From assembly GCA_963677925.2 (NCBI GenBank), contig CAXXYH010000004.1:2176001-2240000 (forward strand): a stretch of 64,000 bases of DNA, read 5' to 3'. The first letter of the stretch is position 1. Each line of letters starts with the position of its first letter. The notes beneath the pieces are model-generated. The model searched no databases. It worked only from the letters and a program-made list of their open reading frames with translations, and had not been told where the DNA came from. The stretch is from Spirochaetia bacterium. Its GTDB lineage: Bacteria > Spirochaetota > Spirochaetia > UBA9216. This document shows positions 63,142 to 64,000 of the stretch, piece by piece. The position numbers and the translations under genes were made by a program.

Positions 63142-63681
63142 ATGAGAAACAGGTTTATTATTTTAATTGCAGCAGTTCTCCTTTTTGTTTCGGCAGCTGC
63201 CGGCTTCGGTGAAACAAGCGGGTGGACTGCAGGCTTTCAGATATCATCAGAAGGTTTTACTGAGGGATTCAGTTTCGAGGACTCGGAATATGTGGGCATT
63301 GAGCTTTTTCTGGAACCCTGGAGTTTTGATTTTCTAACTCCGGCACTGAACACCGGGTTTCTTCTTCCTGTCAGTTCAACTATGTTCGCAGATTCCGTTT
63401 ATAAAGCTGAAATATCACTGGAGCTTTTTGCTCTGAAAAAACATATATTCAAGAACTTTATTGATCTTGAAAACCGCTGGGCTCCTTTAATCAGCGGCGG
63501 GATAATGTTCCCGGTAAGCAATCCTGATCAGCTGCTTCTGAATCTCGGAGTTTCTCCTTTCAGGCTGAAAACCGGATCAGGCCGCTACAGCATACTGGCT
63601 CTTGATGTCGTAACGGACACCGCGTTCAGCGGAGTTGCTTTCGGAATAAAAATCTTTGATTTCAGGTTGTTCCTGTTTTAG
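63142..63681 (+). CDS. Hypothetical exported protein (possible small beta-barrel)
   Basis: Signal peptide, alternating hydrophobic strands, C-terminal Phe. Confidence 0.7.
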   Translation: MRNRFIILIAAVLLFVSAAAGFGETSGWTAGFQISSEGFTEGFSFEDSEYVGIELFLEPWSFDFLTPALNTGFLLPVSSTMFADSVYKAEISLELFALKKHIFKNFIDLENRWAPLISGGIMFPVSNPDQLLLNLGVSPFRLKTGSGRYSILALDVVTDTAFSGVAFGIKIFDFRLFLF

Positions 63682-63688
63682 GTAAGTT

Positions 63689-64000
63689 ATGAAGAGAATA
63701 CTGCTTTTAATTATATTCTGTTTATCATTCGCTTTTCCTGCCGCAGCTCAGGATATAAGCCTGACCTACGGGCCATGGTCTTTTATTTCTGAAGATGATG
63801 CGGTTTCCGGAGGGGTTTATCCATATGCCGGAATTAACTTCGGTCTGAACGACCGGCTCGAAGCCCAGATCTTTGCAATTGCAGAGGCAGCCCCGGTTCC
63901 TCTTGAAAGAATCATGATGGGAGCAGGCCTCTCTGCCGGAATTCTCGGCGGGCGCCACATAACATACTTCAATATGTATGCAGATCTTGATTTTATCTAC
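63689..64000 (+). CDS. Hypothetical exported protein (partial, runs off window)
   Basis: Open frame MKRILLLIIFCLSFAFPAAAQDISL... to the window end; signal peptide. Confidence 0.7.
   Translation, partial: MKRILLLIIFCLSFAFPAAAQDISLTYGPWSFISEDDAVSGGVYPYAGINFGLNDRLEAQIFAIAEAAPVPLERIMMGAGLSAGILGGRHITYFNMYADLDFIY

Noticed and set aside
63760-63800. Apparent frameshift in the last partial ORF
   Set aside because: Codon-by-codon reading shows the frame from 63689 is open to the window end

Overview
This window looks like chromosomal DNA from an anaerobic free-living spirochaete; the 16S contains the spirochaete-type GCAGCAGCTAAGAATCTTCCGC stretch and many proteins carry lipoboxes. From left to right: (1) 1-19.5 kb is a sugar/polyol/cyclitol catabolic island with two CUT2 ABC transporters, dehydrogenases, an FGGY kinase, DeoR and a YesMN-like two-component system. 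(2) 19.6-25.3 kb is a complete rrn operon (16S, tRNA-Ala, 23S, 5S). It is followed by an unexplained ~1 kb non-coding array of five ~190-200 bp units, each starting with a copy of the 5S 3' end plus T8 and containing covarying hairpins. This array is the most unusual feature. (3) 26.4-36.3 kb is an IclR-linked peptidase/peptide-ABC operon. (4) 36.3-47.1 kb is a sigma54-controlled lysine fermentation cluster of the Kat type, with a frameshifted kamD and an inserted M20 hydrolase. (5) 47.1-52.0 kb holds a membrane-anchored AraC and two tandem GLUG-repeat lipoproteins. (6) 53.2-58.3 kb is an Mbh-like minimal Mrp antiporter operon led by PII-like and PTS EIIA genes. (7) The rest is miscellaneous enzymes. 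All calls come from reading the sequence and recalled family motifs; no searches were run.
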